A stretch of DNA of 64,000 nucleotides from assembly GCF_022539665.2 (NCBI RefSeq), contig NC_081331.1:11904001-11968000 (forward strand). Reading direction: 5' to 3'. The notes beneath the pieces were generated by a model. The model made no database searches, was not told where the DNA came from, and saw only the letters and a list, made by a program, of their open reading frames with translations. Each line of letters starts with the position of its first letter. Position 1 is the first letter of the stretch. The translations under genes and the position numbers were made by a program. This document shows positions 23,632-35,387 of this stretch, piece by piece. The DNA is from Daphnia carinata. Taxonomy: Eukaryota.

Positions 23632-26600
23632 CGATTGAACGTAAAAAGTATAAAACACGCTCAAAATAGCCCAGAGAAAACTGAATCGGATAGCGCGGAA
23701 TAACACGCAGGAGAATACCGAGTAGTCTAACAAGAATAACGTTTATTACCTTTCAGCAGATTGTAAAACGGTGACAGTCAGTAGGATGTTTCGTATCCAA
23801 TTGGAGACGCCTACGTAGATCCTTGGGAAACTAAAAATTTTGGGCAAATCAAACAGTCCTCAAAACCCACTTCCTGGTGACGCAAGTTCACATATTATTT
23901 ACATACTTTAACGGCTGTTGATGCTAGCTGCAATTTGTCCGGCGCAATGTAAATCCATCAATATTAGTAACCTAGAAAGAGAAAGTTTCTATTAGAAGAA
24001 AATAAGGATGATTCTTAATGTTCCGAGAATAATTAAACTTCGATAGGTCTTATTTACTAATTACTCACCCGATTTAGTATGTGTCACGCACCCTTGTTTT
24101 GCGTAACAGCCAGACAGAGAAAACATTTTAAACCTTGGCTAAGGAGATCCGCCGGGCTCATCCAGGTTACGTGCTAGTGCTTTTCCATAAAACCTTCATT
24201 GTTAACTTGTTTGGAATTGATGTGACTCCTTGTTGTAATCATAGTAGGAGAGCAATCCCTTGATTTAATGTAATCTGGAAGGGAAAAATATTATAACGAT
24301 TCAAGAAAAACATGGCTATTAAGATTACCACTAACTAAAATCTTAATCCTTTGAAGATAAGTTTTGTGCATTTCAAGAATTATTGAACATCAGAATTTTC
24401 TATTAATTCACCATCAGGACAGATTAATATGTACCACTGCTATTGAAAAATGTAGACTGTACGTGATGTGTGCGATAAAAAAAGCCAGAAAAATATCTGT
24501 TAATTCAAGTTCATCTAATTTTCATCCATTCTACCATACCATTTCATTCCAACTACAGGGGAAACGGCCTCACGTGCAGAGACTTATCAAGGCGTATTCG
24601 GTTTTCTCAAGTATAAAGCACGCTTTGAAATAGATGGAATGTTTGTCTGTTGGAAAGCAAACGAAATCATCCAGAGCCATTTCGGTCAGTATGGGGACGA
24701 GTTGAGTGCAATCCGGCCGAAAACCTTCGACGAAATCAACAGAAAGCATTGAAAACTTCCTCGATCGACAACTGAATTCGACATCTTGTTAACTATATGT
24801 TTTGCCCTGATGAGGAATGAATCACACACTTCTGGGATTTAAACTACGATAGGCCTACTCCAATATACAGACATAATGCAATTTTAAAACATCCGCCGCG
24901 TATATTCGAGAAAGCCTATTAAGCATAAAATCAAAAGGTGTGTATATAGTTTACATGATGTGAAATAAGAAAAAAAAAATCACCCGAATTGTAAATTTAT
25001 TAAATAAATCCCGTGCTTAAGGCTTCGCCTTTAGACCTTAGCCGGATTTAACTTCACCCCGTTCCCACACTGACCAAAACGGCTCTTAGTGATTCCGTTT
25101 CGTTCTGCCTGCATTTTCACTTTCAAAGAAATACATTAAACAAAGATAAATTTATACGTAATAAATAAATATCCGCAAGGAGGCCGTTCCCTTTGTAATT
25201 GGAATTAACTTTGAATTTGTGGAATAGAATGGTATAGTAAATTGGAGGACGATTGAGGGATTACTTATGACAAACTACGCAAGATATCTAGATGTTAGAA
25301 TGATTTGGATCTAAATGGATGTCCTACCTCGTTCACATCACTTGAACATTTCAATTATATATGAATACGGGAAGAGCTTCTCAGCACTCAACTTCAGATT
25401 GAGAAGCGTAAAATTTTAAATAAATACTATTACTTGTATGGCTTCCAACTATTTTGAAGTTGAAGCTTTGCTGCTGTGCCAATTCCGGATGTTTAACTCT
25501 GTGTTTCTAATAACAAACCCTTATGATAATGGTAGATACACGGTTGCATGTTGCTGCGTAGTCGGTTGTTTTAAAGACGAATGCTTCCTTTTCTTTGCTC
25601 TCGTTTCACAGATAAGAAAGACTTCAGATTAATATAGCACATAAAAGAATTATACGACTCAAACCTTACCTAGGCCATGGTTATTTCAGACATCAGCAGC
25701 GTTGGCAATACAAGACGCACTGAAAACGTGATACAATTTTGAAAATGTTTTAGTAATGATTAAAATGGAATCTCAAAACGACATGCCTTGCTTATAGAAG
25801 AATAAGGTTTTCACAGCTAAACGCAAAGTCCTCGAAGTACATAGCGTAAAGTGAAAGCTGTAACAAAAGTAAATTAAGAAAACAATTAATGAATAAATAT
25901 TTGTATAATAACGTACCACGTAGTATCTAGATTCCAACCTTTTTGTTGTTTTAGCCATGGCAACATGGATATCGACGGATAAACGTCAAACATGCGAAAA
26001 GCAGTACGGTAGTCAAAACTCTTATCGGTTTTCTATGTAAATCTAACATAACCATGCCCAAAAAGAAAAAGAAATATGTATATATGATGAATTAAACANN
26101 NNNNNNNNNNNNNNNNNNNNNNNNNNNNNNNNNNNNNNNNNNNNNNNNNNNNNNNNNNNNNNNNNNNNNNNNNNNNNNNNNNNNNNNNNNNNNNNNNNCG
26201 ATTGAACGTAAAAAGTATAAAACACGCTCAAAATAGCCCAGAGAAAACTGAATCGGATAGCGCGGAATAACACGCAGGAGAATACCGAGTAGTCTAACAA
26301 GAATAACGTTTATTACCTTTCAGCAGATTGTAAAACGGTGACAGTCAGTAGGATGTTTCGTATCCAATTGGAGACGCCTACGTAGATCCTTGGGAAACTA
26401 AAAATTTTGGGCAAATCAAACAGTCCTCAAAACCCACTTCCTGGTGACGCAAGTTCACATATTATTTACATACTTTAACGGCTGTTGATGCTAGCTGCAA
26501 TTTGTCCGGCGCAATGTAAATCCATCAATATTAGTAACCTAGAAAGAGAAAGTTTCTATTAGAAGAAAATAAGGATGATTCTTAATGTTCCGAGAATAAT

Positions 26601-28664
26601 TAAACTTCGATAGGTCTTATTTACTAATTACTCACCCGATTTAGTATGTGTCACGCACCCTTGTTTTGCGTAACAGCCAGACAGAGAAAACATTTTAAAC
26701 CTTGGCTAAGGAGATCCGCCGGGCTCATCCAGGTTACGTGCTAGTGCTTTTCCATAAAACCTTCATTGTTAACTTGTTTGGAATTGATGTGACTCCTTGT
26801 TGTAATCATAGTAGGAGAGCAATCCCTTGATTTAATGTAATCTGGAAGGGAAAAATATTATAACGATTCAAGAAAAACATGGCTATTAAGATTACCACTA
26901 ACTAAAATCTTAATCCTTTGAAGATAAGTTTTGTGCATTTCAAGAATTATTGAACATCAGAATTTTCTATTAATTCACCATCAGGACAGATTAATATGTA
27001 CCACTGCTATTGAAAAATGTAGACTGTACGTGATGTGTGCGATAAAAAAAGCCAGAAAAATATCTGTTAATTCAAGTTCATCTAATTTTCATCCATTCTA
27101 CCATACCATTTCATTCCAACTACAGGGGAAACGGCCTCACGTGCAGAGACTTATCAAGGCGTATTCGGTTTTCTCAAGTATAAAGCACGCTTTGAAATAG
27201 ATGGAATGTTTGTCTGTTGGAAAGCAAACGAAATCATCCAGAGCCATTTCGGTCAGTATGGGGACGAGTTGAGTGCAATCCGGCCGAAAACCTTCGACGA
27301 ATCAACAGAAAGCATTGAAAACTTCCTCGATCGACAACTGAATTCGACATCTTGTTAACTATATGTTTTGCCCTGATGAGGAATGAATCACACACTTCTG
27401 GGATTTAAACTACGATAGGCCTACTCCAATATACAGACATAATGCAATTTTAAAACATCCGCCGCGTATATTCGAGAAAGCCTATTAAGCATAAAATCAA
27501 AAGGTGTGTATATAGTTTACATGATGTGAAATAAGAAAAAAAAATCACCCGAATTGTAAATTTATTAAATAAATCCCGTGCTTAAGGCTTCGCCTTTAGA
27601 CCTTAGCCGGATTTAACTTCACCCCGTTCCCACACTGACCAAAACGGCTCTTAGTGATTCCGTTTCGTTCTGCCTGCATTTTCACTTTCAAAGAAATACA
27701 TTAAACAAAGATAAATTTATACGTAATAAATAAATATCCGCAAGGAGGCCGTTCCCTTTGTAATTGGAATTAACTTTGAATTTGTGGAATAGAATGGTAT
27801 AGTAAATTGGAGGACGATTGAGGGATTACTTATGACAAACTACGCAAGATATCTAGATGTTAGAATGATTTGGATCTAAATGGATGTCCTACCTCGTTCA
27901 CATCACTTGAACATTTCAATTATATATGAATACGGGAAGAGCTTCTCAGCACTCAACTTCAGATTGAGAAGCGTAAAATTTTAAATAAATACTATTACTT
28001 GTATGGCTTCCAACTATTTTGAAGTTGAAGCTTTGCTGCTGTGCCAATTCCGGATGTTTAACTCTGTGTTTCTAATAACAAACCCTTATGATAATGGTAG
28101 ATACACGGTTGCATGTTGCTGCGTAGTCGGTTGTTTTAAAGACGAATGCTTCCTTTTCTTTGCTCTCGTTTCACAGATAAGAAAGACTTCAGATTAATAT
28201 AGCACATAAAAGAATTATACGACTCAAACCTTACCTAGGCCATGGTTATTTCAGACATCAGCAGCGTTGGCAATACAAGACGCACTGAAAACGTGATACA
28301 ATTTTGAAAATGTTTTAGTAATGATTAAAATGGAATCTCAAAACGACATGCCTTGCTTATAGAAGAATAAGGTTTTCACAGCTAAACGCAAAGTCCTCGA
28401 AGTACATAGCGTAAAGTGAAAGCTGTAACAAAAATAAATTAAGAAAACAATTAATGAATAAATATTTGTATAATAACGTACCATGTAGTATCTAGATTCC
28501 AACCTTTTTGTTGTTTTAGCCATGGCAACATGGATATCGACGGATAAACGTCAAACATGCGAAAAGCAGTACGGTAGTCCAAAAACTCTTATCGGTTTTC
28601 TATGTAAATCTAACATAACCATGCCCAAAAAGAAAAGAAATATGTATATATGATGAATTAAACA
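23632..28664. repeat. ~2.47 kb direct duplication (23632-26098 / 26199-28664) abutting a 100-N gap (26099-26198); probable contig-overlap artefact
   Basis: The first copy ends and the second begins exactly at the gap. Differences are limited to a few 1-3 bp indels and about two substitutions. Confidence 0.9.
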
Positions 28665-29280
28665 TGTGGTCTAAAGAAGAATAGCAAAAGTCAGTTAATC
28701 ATATAGCTTTACCATGAATGAGAACCTGCAACTGGTTACTGATGTAGTTTTTTCTTCAAACAGAAGCTTTCTTGTTGTCCACATACTGTTGTGTATATTT
28801 GTTGTTCCATATCGCCGTTGATTCCAAAAACAGAACTATGAACAAATCGAGCTCGCTGAAGACGTTTCTGAGCGTATAGAACAAAGTTATGAGCATGCAA
28901 AAACTTCCATTGCATACCTAAGAGAGCTTAAAAGAACTTCAACTTCTATTTCTTCACCTGACTAACTCTTTCTTTTAAGATGACTATTACTAACTATGGA
29001 ACTAACCTGGAAAAAGTAGTACTATGGGGTTCTTAGAGGCGACAGCAAGACTCCATGTTTGAAGAGTAGCAGCCTGGATGAACACAGAAGCGCCAGGGGA
29101 TAGGTAGATTTTCTTCGGCCGCCAAGTGGCGCTAATTTTCCTTAGGAGTAGGTGAAAGAATATGAAAGAAGTTTTAAATTTATATAAATTTGTCAATTTT
29201 AAATAGCACACCACTTGTCAATTAAACCACCACTACTGTACGTAATGGTGTTAGATACAAAAAGGAACAACAAAAACTTA

Positions 29281-29448
29281 CAGGTATCGAATTGGGTCAC
29301 ATATCCCGATCATAAGCGTCTGCATCCACGAGCCGTCTTTCAGGCCGTGGGGAGGCTAACGAACAGCCTACGTTCAATGTTCCCCTCTTCTCCACCCTTC
29401 AGTTTGTGGGTCGATCCTTAACGTGTAGTGAACAGTACTACAGATCGA
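29281..29448. other. Hairpin cluster H2
   Basis: CCACGAGCC..GGCCGTGG, AGGCT..AGCCT, ACCC..GGGT, and TCGATC..GATCGA enclosing TGTAGT..ACTACA. Followed by two copies of TTTTTAGCCTGGCAAGGCTTTTTT and a pyrimidine tract. Confidence 0.65.
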
Positions 29449-29661
29449 TTTTTAGCCTGGCAAGGCTTTTTTTTGCCATTTTTAGCCTGGCAAGGCTTTT
29501 TTGGTGTACCATTTAGCCCCGTTATAGTAGGCATGGCTCTTCTTTTCTCTCTTCTTTTATTCTTTCTTCTTTTATTCTTTCTTCTTCTTTTCTTTCTTGA
29601 ATGAGTAGAATCTTGCGTATCTTGAATGATGAATTGGAGGGAAAGGGAGGGAGGGAAATTG

Positions 29662-29732
29662 GCGGTGGCGGGACTTGAACCCGGGGCCCTCAGAATGCGA
29701 AGCGAAGGTGGTAACCACTGTGCCAGGACCGC
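29662..29732 (-). pseudogene. tRNA-like sequence T6 with intact A and B boxes
   Basis: Minus strand GCGGTCC TGGCACAGTGG ... CGGGTTCAAGTCCCG CCACCGC: 5-bp acceptor pairing, intact T arm, degenerate anticodon arm. Confidence 0.7.
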
Positions 29733-29797
29733 ACATCCCAAACAAATTTTGCTTTGGGTGTCACCCATTGAAATAGGTAGCTTATGAAGCAATGGAA

Positions 29798-29863
29798 TGG
29801 TGTAGTATGGCGCTATGGCTTAGTATACGGCTACCATGCTGATTTCACGGGTTCGATTCTATG
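29798..29863 (+). pseudogene. tRNA-like sequence T7
   Basis: TGGTGTAGTATGG/TGGCTTAGTA...GGGTTCGATTCT, then TTTTT three bases later. Confidence 0.45.
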
Positions 29864-29907
29864 TTTTTATAATTATATTAATATTTTTTTTTTACGTTTA
29901 GCAACGC

Positions 29908-30652
29908 ACTAGTAACTTTTGCCCGTGCAAGACCTGGGGATAGCGCATTTTAACGCTTCTTTTTCTTAATTTTAGTCGGTCAATCGTTAATTTGAGCCTA
30001 ATTTATTCGTTATTTTGCCGTCTAATTTTAATTCTTTTTTCATATTAAAACACTCCCTATTTTTGCCCGCAAACCCTCTCACTTTATTTATTTACTAGTA
30101 ACGTTGAGCCCGTCCACGGCCGGGGGATAGTTGGCGCTAGCGTATTTTTACGCTATTTTTAAGAAAATTGACCCATGCCTATTTTTTGCCGGTCTACTCT
30201 TAATTCTATTCATCAATCAAGAGTTCCCCTTTCATCCCCGCCGACCCACTCATTGTTTCTGCCGGCCATCCCCTCACTTTCTCTGCCCAACCACACTTTA
30301 CCCGTCGACCCCCTCTCTGCCCGTCAACCCACACTCTGCCCGTCAACTCCCATTCTGCCCCCAAAAATGCCTACTGGGGGAACATCTACCTTTTTTTTGC
30401 ATTTGCCCACCCTTTCGTCACAGTCTCGGCCCGTCAACACCCCCGCTATAGTTGTCCGTCCATCCATTTTTTGCTTCTGCCCGCTAAGAAGCCCGCTGTT
30501 ATTGCCCGTAGACCCTCTCTCTGCCCGTCAGCCCCCGTTCTGCCCGTCGGCCCCCTCGCTGCCCGTCGACCCACTCATCTGCCCGTCGGCCCACGCGCTG
30601 CCTGTCGACCCACGCGCTTCCCGTGACGTGACTCGTGATGTGACAGACACAG
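29908..30652 (-). mobile_element. Helitron-like fragment with two tandem 3'-end motifs and a GCCCGTC-core minisatellite
   Basis: Plus-strand ACTAGTAAC..GCCCGT..GGGGATAG at 29908 and 30094 reads on minus as a GC-rich hairpin about 10 nt before CTAG|T. ~19-bp CTCTGCCCGTCGACCC-type repeats at 30300-30612. No 5' TC end identified. Confidence 0.5.
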
Positions 30653-31263
30653 GCTCCTCCTCTTCAAAGACATCATGTGTCGCCATCTAGGTAAAATCCA
30701 GTTCAGTCAGATTCAAACAAAAAACAAGCTTAACTTTGTCTTTACTTATTTTCTCAGAAATCTGGATTGCTATAAAAACCCATGATTTTGAATCGAAATT
30801 CAACGATGATGTCGGAAAACCAGTGCGTTTTTAGTTGCGTTTTTTCGGAACGAATATCGTTTGGCCTTTCGAAAATCGATTAAAGGATCCGATAAGCAAG
30901 AACCCATTTGGCGTAGTCAATGGGGGGGGGGGGGGTGTAAAACGGATTGCCATAGTTTGCATCAAACTTACCCATTCGGCAACCCAAGTGTGCATATGTT
31001 TTTCTTTGATAATTATTTTATTTTGCTACTATGCTTGGTAAACTGCAATTATGCCCAATATTTTTACCTTTGCATTTTAGGTCTTCTCTTCTATGTCACT
31101 AAGTACTATAGGGAAGGGAATAACTGAAGTTGATTGAGATCTATTCTGATTCTCCTGATATCCATCTCAACAGGTTTTTATTTGCTTTTCAACATCCATT
31201 TCATAGTGGGACGTGTGGCTTTGATTAATATTGCCATAAAGTCTGCCGAAAATGGGTGTGTTA

Positions 31264-34200
31264 GGCCGATCTCTATTGCATTCTTTTTTTTTTTTTTTTT
31301 TTTTTTTTTTTGTTTTGTTTTATTTTGTTCCTTATTTTTCAAAGCTTTCTTCGGCGACTAGCGAACCTCTGAAATCGAAGAATTTCCCCCCTCTCCCTGT
31401 ACATCTCTTTCGATTCGATAAAGTCGTATGTCTTTATTCCTTTCTTCTTTGTTGTGAATTGCAAAACACCAGCTGATCTATCTTAACTTGCAGGATTGGT
31501 TCATAACAAATATACACAGAAGGAAGCAAAAACTATTTTGTGAACGATGTCGTAAAAACAAAAGAGGGAAAGAAGAAAAATGGCAAAAAGATTATAATAG
31601 GCAACCGTATCTTCATCTCTATGGGAATATTGTTTAGACAGTATTTTTGAACTGCGAACGTGGCGCTAGAGACTTAACTTGCTCGATGTTACTATAAGAA
31701 TCTTGTAAGTGCATAGGATCAAATTTATTTTCCCACGACGGCTCTTTTTTTCCAATTTTTTTTTTTTTTTTTTTTTCATTGATTCGGTTTTTTTATTTAA
31801 TGATTAAAAAGATAAAGTTCATTTTGACTCGTCCCCCCTTTCCTGCCAACTTTATGTCTGTGCTCTTGATTTCCCCCGTCTTTGTCCAAAATATCACCCG
31901 TTTTGTTTTGTTGTACCGCAGAACTCTTTAATTATTAAGGAAACTCCTTTAGGTTTTCTCACCATTCTTGCAATACACTTGAAATATATTGTTTGAGCTT
32001 CTGACTAGATTTAAGCTAGTTAGCCGCAGAGCTCTTCCAAATAGACGGGTAGCAAATTACGATGTTGCAAAGAAGGAACCCGAAGGTTAATTGGTGAATT
32101 TTTTTCTCAACATGTCGGGCTTGCAAATCGGTGACTTACGATGTTCGAAGGCTTGCCGATAATTATAACTGTTTCTTAATTTAAAATGAGTGCAGCGCCC
32201 AGCGAGAAACAGCGACGAACATTTGACATGCAAGATGCAAGCTTTACAGTCAACTTTCAGCTTCGCAGTCCAGCAAGATCTGCAGACAACAATAGAAATC
32301 AATTGGTGTCTTGTGTGTTTCCTGTTCTTTTTAACATTTTCGTTGAGAAAGTGCAAAGGCCTTCTCACATTTGTCAAAATCGGTAAAACCGCCATTTATT
32401 TTGAAAACGATTCGTTTCACGAGAAAACCGATCACGGATTCTAAATCAGCGTTCAAATTTGATCATTTAGTGTGAGTTTTGTCCAATTTCAACAGCTTTC
32501 GTTTTTGGACGATTTTGACAAAAGTAGGAAGGCTATAGCCTTCTCACTTTTTCATTTTTGGCCAAAATTTAAATTTCACTTAAAATACATGATTCCGATT
32601 CAGAATTGAATGCTGATCACGGAAATCAAGTTCATTTACCAATTGGCCTTATGGTTAAACGTAAAAAACGATAAAATCAGGAAAGTCGGGCTTATTTATT
32701 AGTCGGGCTTACTCATTAGTCGGGCTTAAATTTTTTTCTACAAAACCTGATAACTCGTCGGAAATGTTTGAATATCACAGGATATTATGGCAATCCGTTT
32801 TACACAAAAAAAAAAAAAATATTTCGCCAAAAAAAAAAAAAAATCACAATTTTTTCTTTTTTTCCGACACGTAGCCATCTACCGCTTAGACTCGTTATTA
32901 CTGGCATAGGCAATTTCAGTCCATTGGATGCCATTCGCAGTTAGTTCAGTAACGTGGATGGAGAATAACGCGTGGCTGGAGGAACAATTGAAAAATGGAT
33001 AAGATAATACAACAAAAGGATGGTAAGTATAAACATTATTATATTGGTTTTCAATTATTAATTATTGTTTATTAGATCAAATTATGAAGCTGTAGGCCCA
33101 ATTATTGGAACAACCCAAAATATTAGATAACAGCAAAGCTAAGGATGGTAAGGCCTAATATGTAATGATTCTATTTATTTGCTTTTATTCATTTGTGTTT
33201 TGTAGCTCAAATTTTGAGTCTACAAGCTCAGCTAGGAGAAAAGAACAAATTGGAACGGAACAGTTTCCAAACAGTGAAGGAGGTTTTTCAAAACTCTTCC
33301 CTAACTGAACGTGAGGATGAGTTGGCATTAGGCGAACACAGTCAGGTACCTAAACGTTTCAAATAAGAATTCAAAATAAGTATAGAATTTTAACAAACAA
33401 TTATTTATTGTTTAGTTATTCAGTCTACCACCTGACAGTGTGTTAAAGTTAAATTCTGTTAGTGCTGCAGTAAAAGAATTGTTAGTAATAAGTCCATGCA
33501 GCGAAGGAAGTGAACAATTGTGGGACCGTATTTGGGCTGAAAATGGGTGTGGTACGGAAACCCAGAAATAGCATGAGTTCAACATAAAACATGAATTAGG
33601 TACTTTTCGGTTTTTTGTCTATTGAAAAAGTATTTTTAATGCTATTATTTTGCATTCACAGAATATTAGTGGGGGATCAAGTCAAGTCTGAAAGTGTTAC
33701 AGGATGGAAGAGTGAGCCTACAGTTGAAAAACACTGAAAGTGCATTACCATTAAGGTATGAGGTAAAGTAATAGAGTATGCAAATTGTCTAATGAGAAGT
33801 ACCATCTTGTGTGAATGAATCCTGTGTAACAGCAATCCTTTATAGTTCTGTCACAGCTAGAAGCCTCAAATAATTCTGCCTCTCTTGCTAAAGAACAACT
33901 TGTCCTTTACATTCAGAGTGTTGGTGAAGCTAGGTACTTAAATGGCCCTAAAGATGTTTCATTTCGTTGGCATTGCAGCGATGAACATCATACATGGACT
34001 TTTTAGGTATGAAAGGAATTTTCTTGAAAATATTTTGAATTTATGACAAAGCATTTCTCCTCCTTTTTGCCAACCATGTCTAATCTACAAAAAAAAATTA
34101 TCCAATAGGAAAGGATTTTCAGCATACTGGGAACACAACTATCAACAATGCAACATTCTACGGGTGTTATTTTATCATTCAAGAGCCTTGTACAATGATT

Positions 34201-35001
34201 TTCATCTACAATTTGTATGGCCTTTCCCAAGCTTCTGTCAGAAGTTGAATCTATGAGTCATGTAAGTCACATGAGCAACAATTGAGATGCTTAATGGTGT
34301 TGTTTTTCTTTTCTCAGTGTAGGTTAATAGTAACATTGGATCTGAAAAAATTCGTGGTTGGGGCATGACACTGAATAAATTGTAATGATTGGATGGATGA
34401 CATGATATTTCTATACTTCATTCGGATTCCCGAAACGGTATTTTATATTTAAAAAATTGAAGTGCATATCTGGGCTCCCTTCCTTTCCGTAGCCCCGTTT
34501 CCCCTTGACTCGTAATAAGCCCGTAGGGGGTCATGCCCCTACTGTACGGTATATATAAAAACAACATATACCGAGGTTTGGAGGGCTCTGGCCGGAAAGG
34601 GGACGTGGGGTGCCGCTTAGTCCGATGATGTGTTCACGGAGGGCGATGTGGCTACCCACAAATCCGAACTAAAGGTTAATCGCTCCTGTAAAAATGTTCC
34701 AAATCTTCAGCTCTTCTTCCGGCTTCTCTTAGCCAATCACCGGGTAATCTCCCCGGTGGGTCAACAAAGCAGTGTCTCCCCCTGCCTGGGTTGACGGCAA
34801 CTTTTGAAAGGGATATTGTGCCCTTTTAAAGTTGCAAAAATAATTGTATGTGCAGAGAATTGTCAATAAAATTTTTTTTATAAAATATTTTTTGGAAAAT
34901 TTGTTTCTTTCATTGTCTGTTCACACATTACATTTATCAACTTTTTTTTATTTGCTTTGCTTTATTTGTTTTTGTAACTTTCTATGGTAAGCATTGCTTC
35001 C
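31264..35001 (+). repeat. Copy B of the ~3.7 kb direct duplication (partner 17590-21308)
   Basis: Same sequence as copy A apart from a few substitutions and indels. Confidence 0.97.
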
Positions 35002-35034
35002 ATTGGTTTATCGTTTATCTGTAAGCATTCTATT

Positions 35035-35103
35035 ATTATCCAGGGATCGAACCCTGGATGTTCGGCATACCGCGCCGATGCTCTACCAATGAGCCATAAA
35101 TCA
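35035..35103 (-). pseudogene. tRNA-like sequence T3 (perfect D, anticodon and T arms; broken acceptor stem)
   Basis: TGGCTCATTGGTAGAGC A TCGGC-GCGGTAT-GCCGA ACATC CAGGGTTCGATCCCTG. Confidence 0.75.
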
Positions 35104-35223
35104 TATGATGACAAATTGGCTTTTTTCTAGTCACTTGTAGACTTGCATTTACACTTAGAATAAAACTGAAATGCAATTCTGCAAAGTACTCTTCAACATT
35201 TACTCTACTTCACTTTTACACAT

Positions 35224-35290
35224 CTACTGAGGTTTGAACCCTGGGTAACAGGTATCGCAGTTAAAGTCTCTACCACAGAGCTAATACCCA
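35224..35290 (-). pseudogene. tRNA-like sequence T4
   Basis: TAGCTCTGTGGTAGAG...CAGGGTTCAAACCT; anticodon arm degenerate. Confidence 0.6.
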
Positions 35291-35387
35291 TATGAAAGCA
35301 ATAGAAAGATAAACATATAATTGTGAAAGACTGCATAAACATCCTAGACGATAACATATGAGATGCGATAATAAAATGTTTAGATAT

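Larger units (their letters stand above)
19093..30954. mobile_element. Non-autonomous TIR DNA transposon, IS3EU-like termini, carrying cargo (element A; contains an assembly gap)
   Basis: Left end TATGGCAATCCATTTTACAC (19093) and right end GTGTAAAACGGATTGCCATA (30935-30954) form a 20-bp TIR with 1 mismatch. TAY..RTA termini. The flanks GGATAT and GTTTGC do not match, so the element is rearranged or chimeric. No intact transposase seen. Confidence 0.7.

Noticed and set aside
23750..23810. Chitin-binding (CBM14)-like peptide HPTDCHRFTIC on the minus strand
   Set aside because: Too short, surrounded by stops, and the remaining cysteine pattern could not be recovered.
23632..28664. Apparent 2.47-kb tandem duplication as real biology
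   Set aside because: The copies abut a 100-N scaffold gap exactly and are almost identical, the typical signature of unmerged contig ends.
30676..30692. CTCF-like motif (CGCCATCTAG), with similar ones near 5481, 23120 and 29122
   Set aside because: Short motif matches are not significant without PWM scoring or ChIP data.
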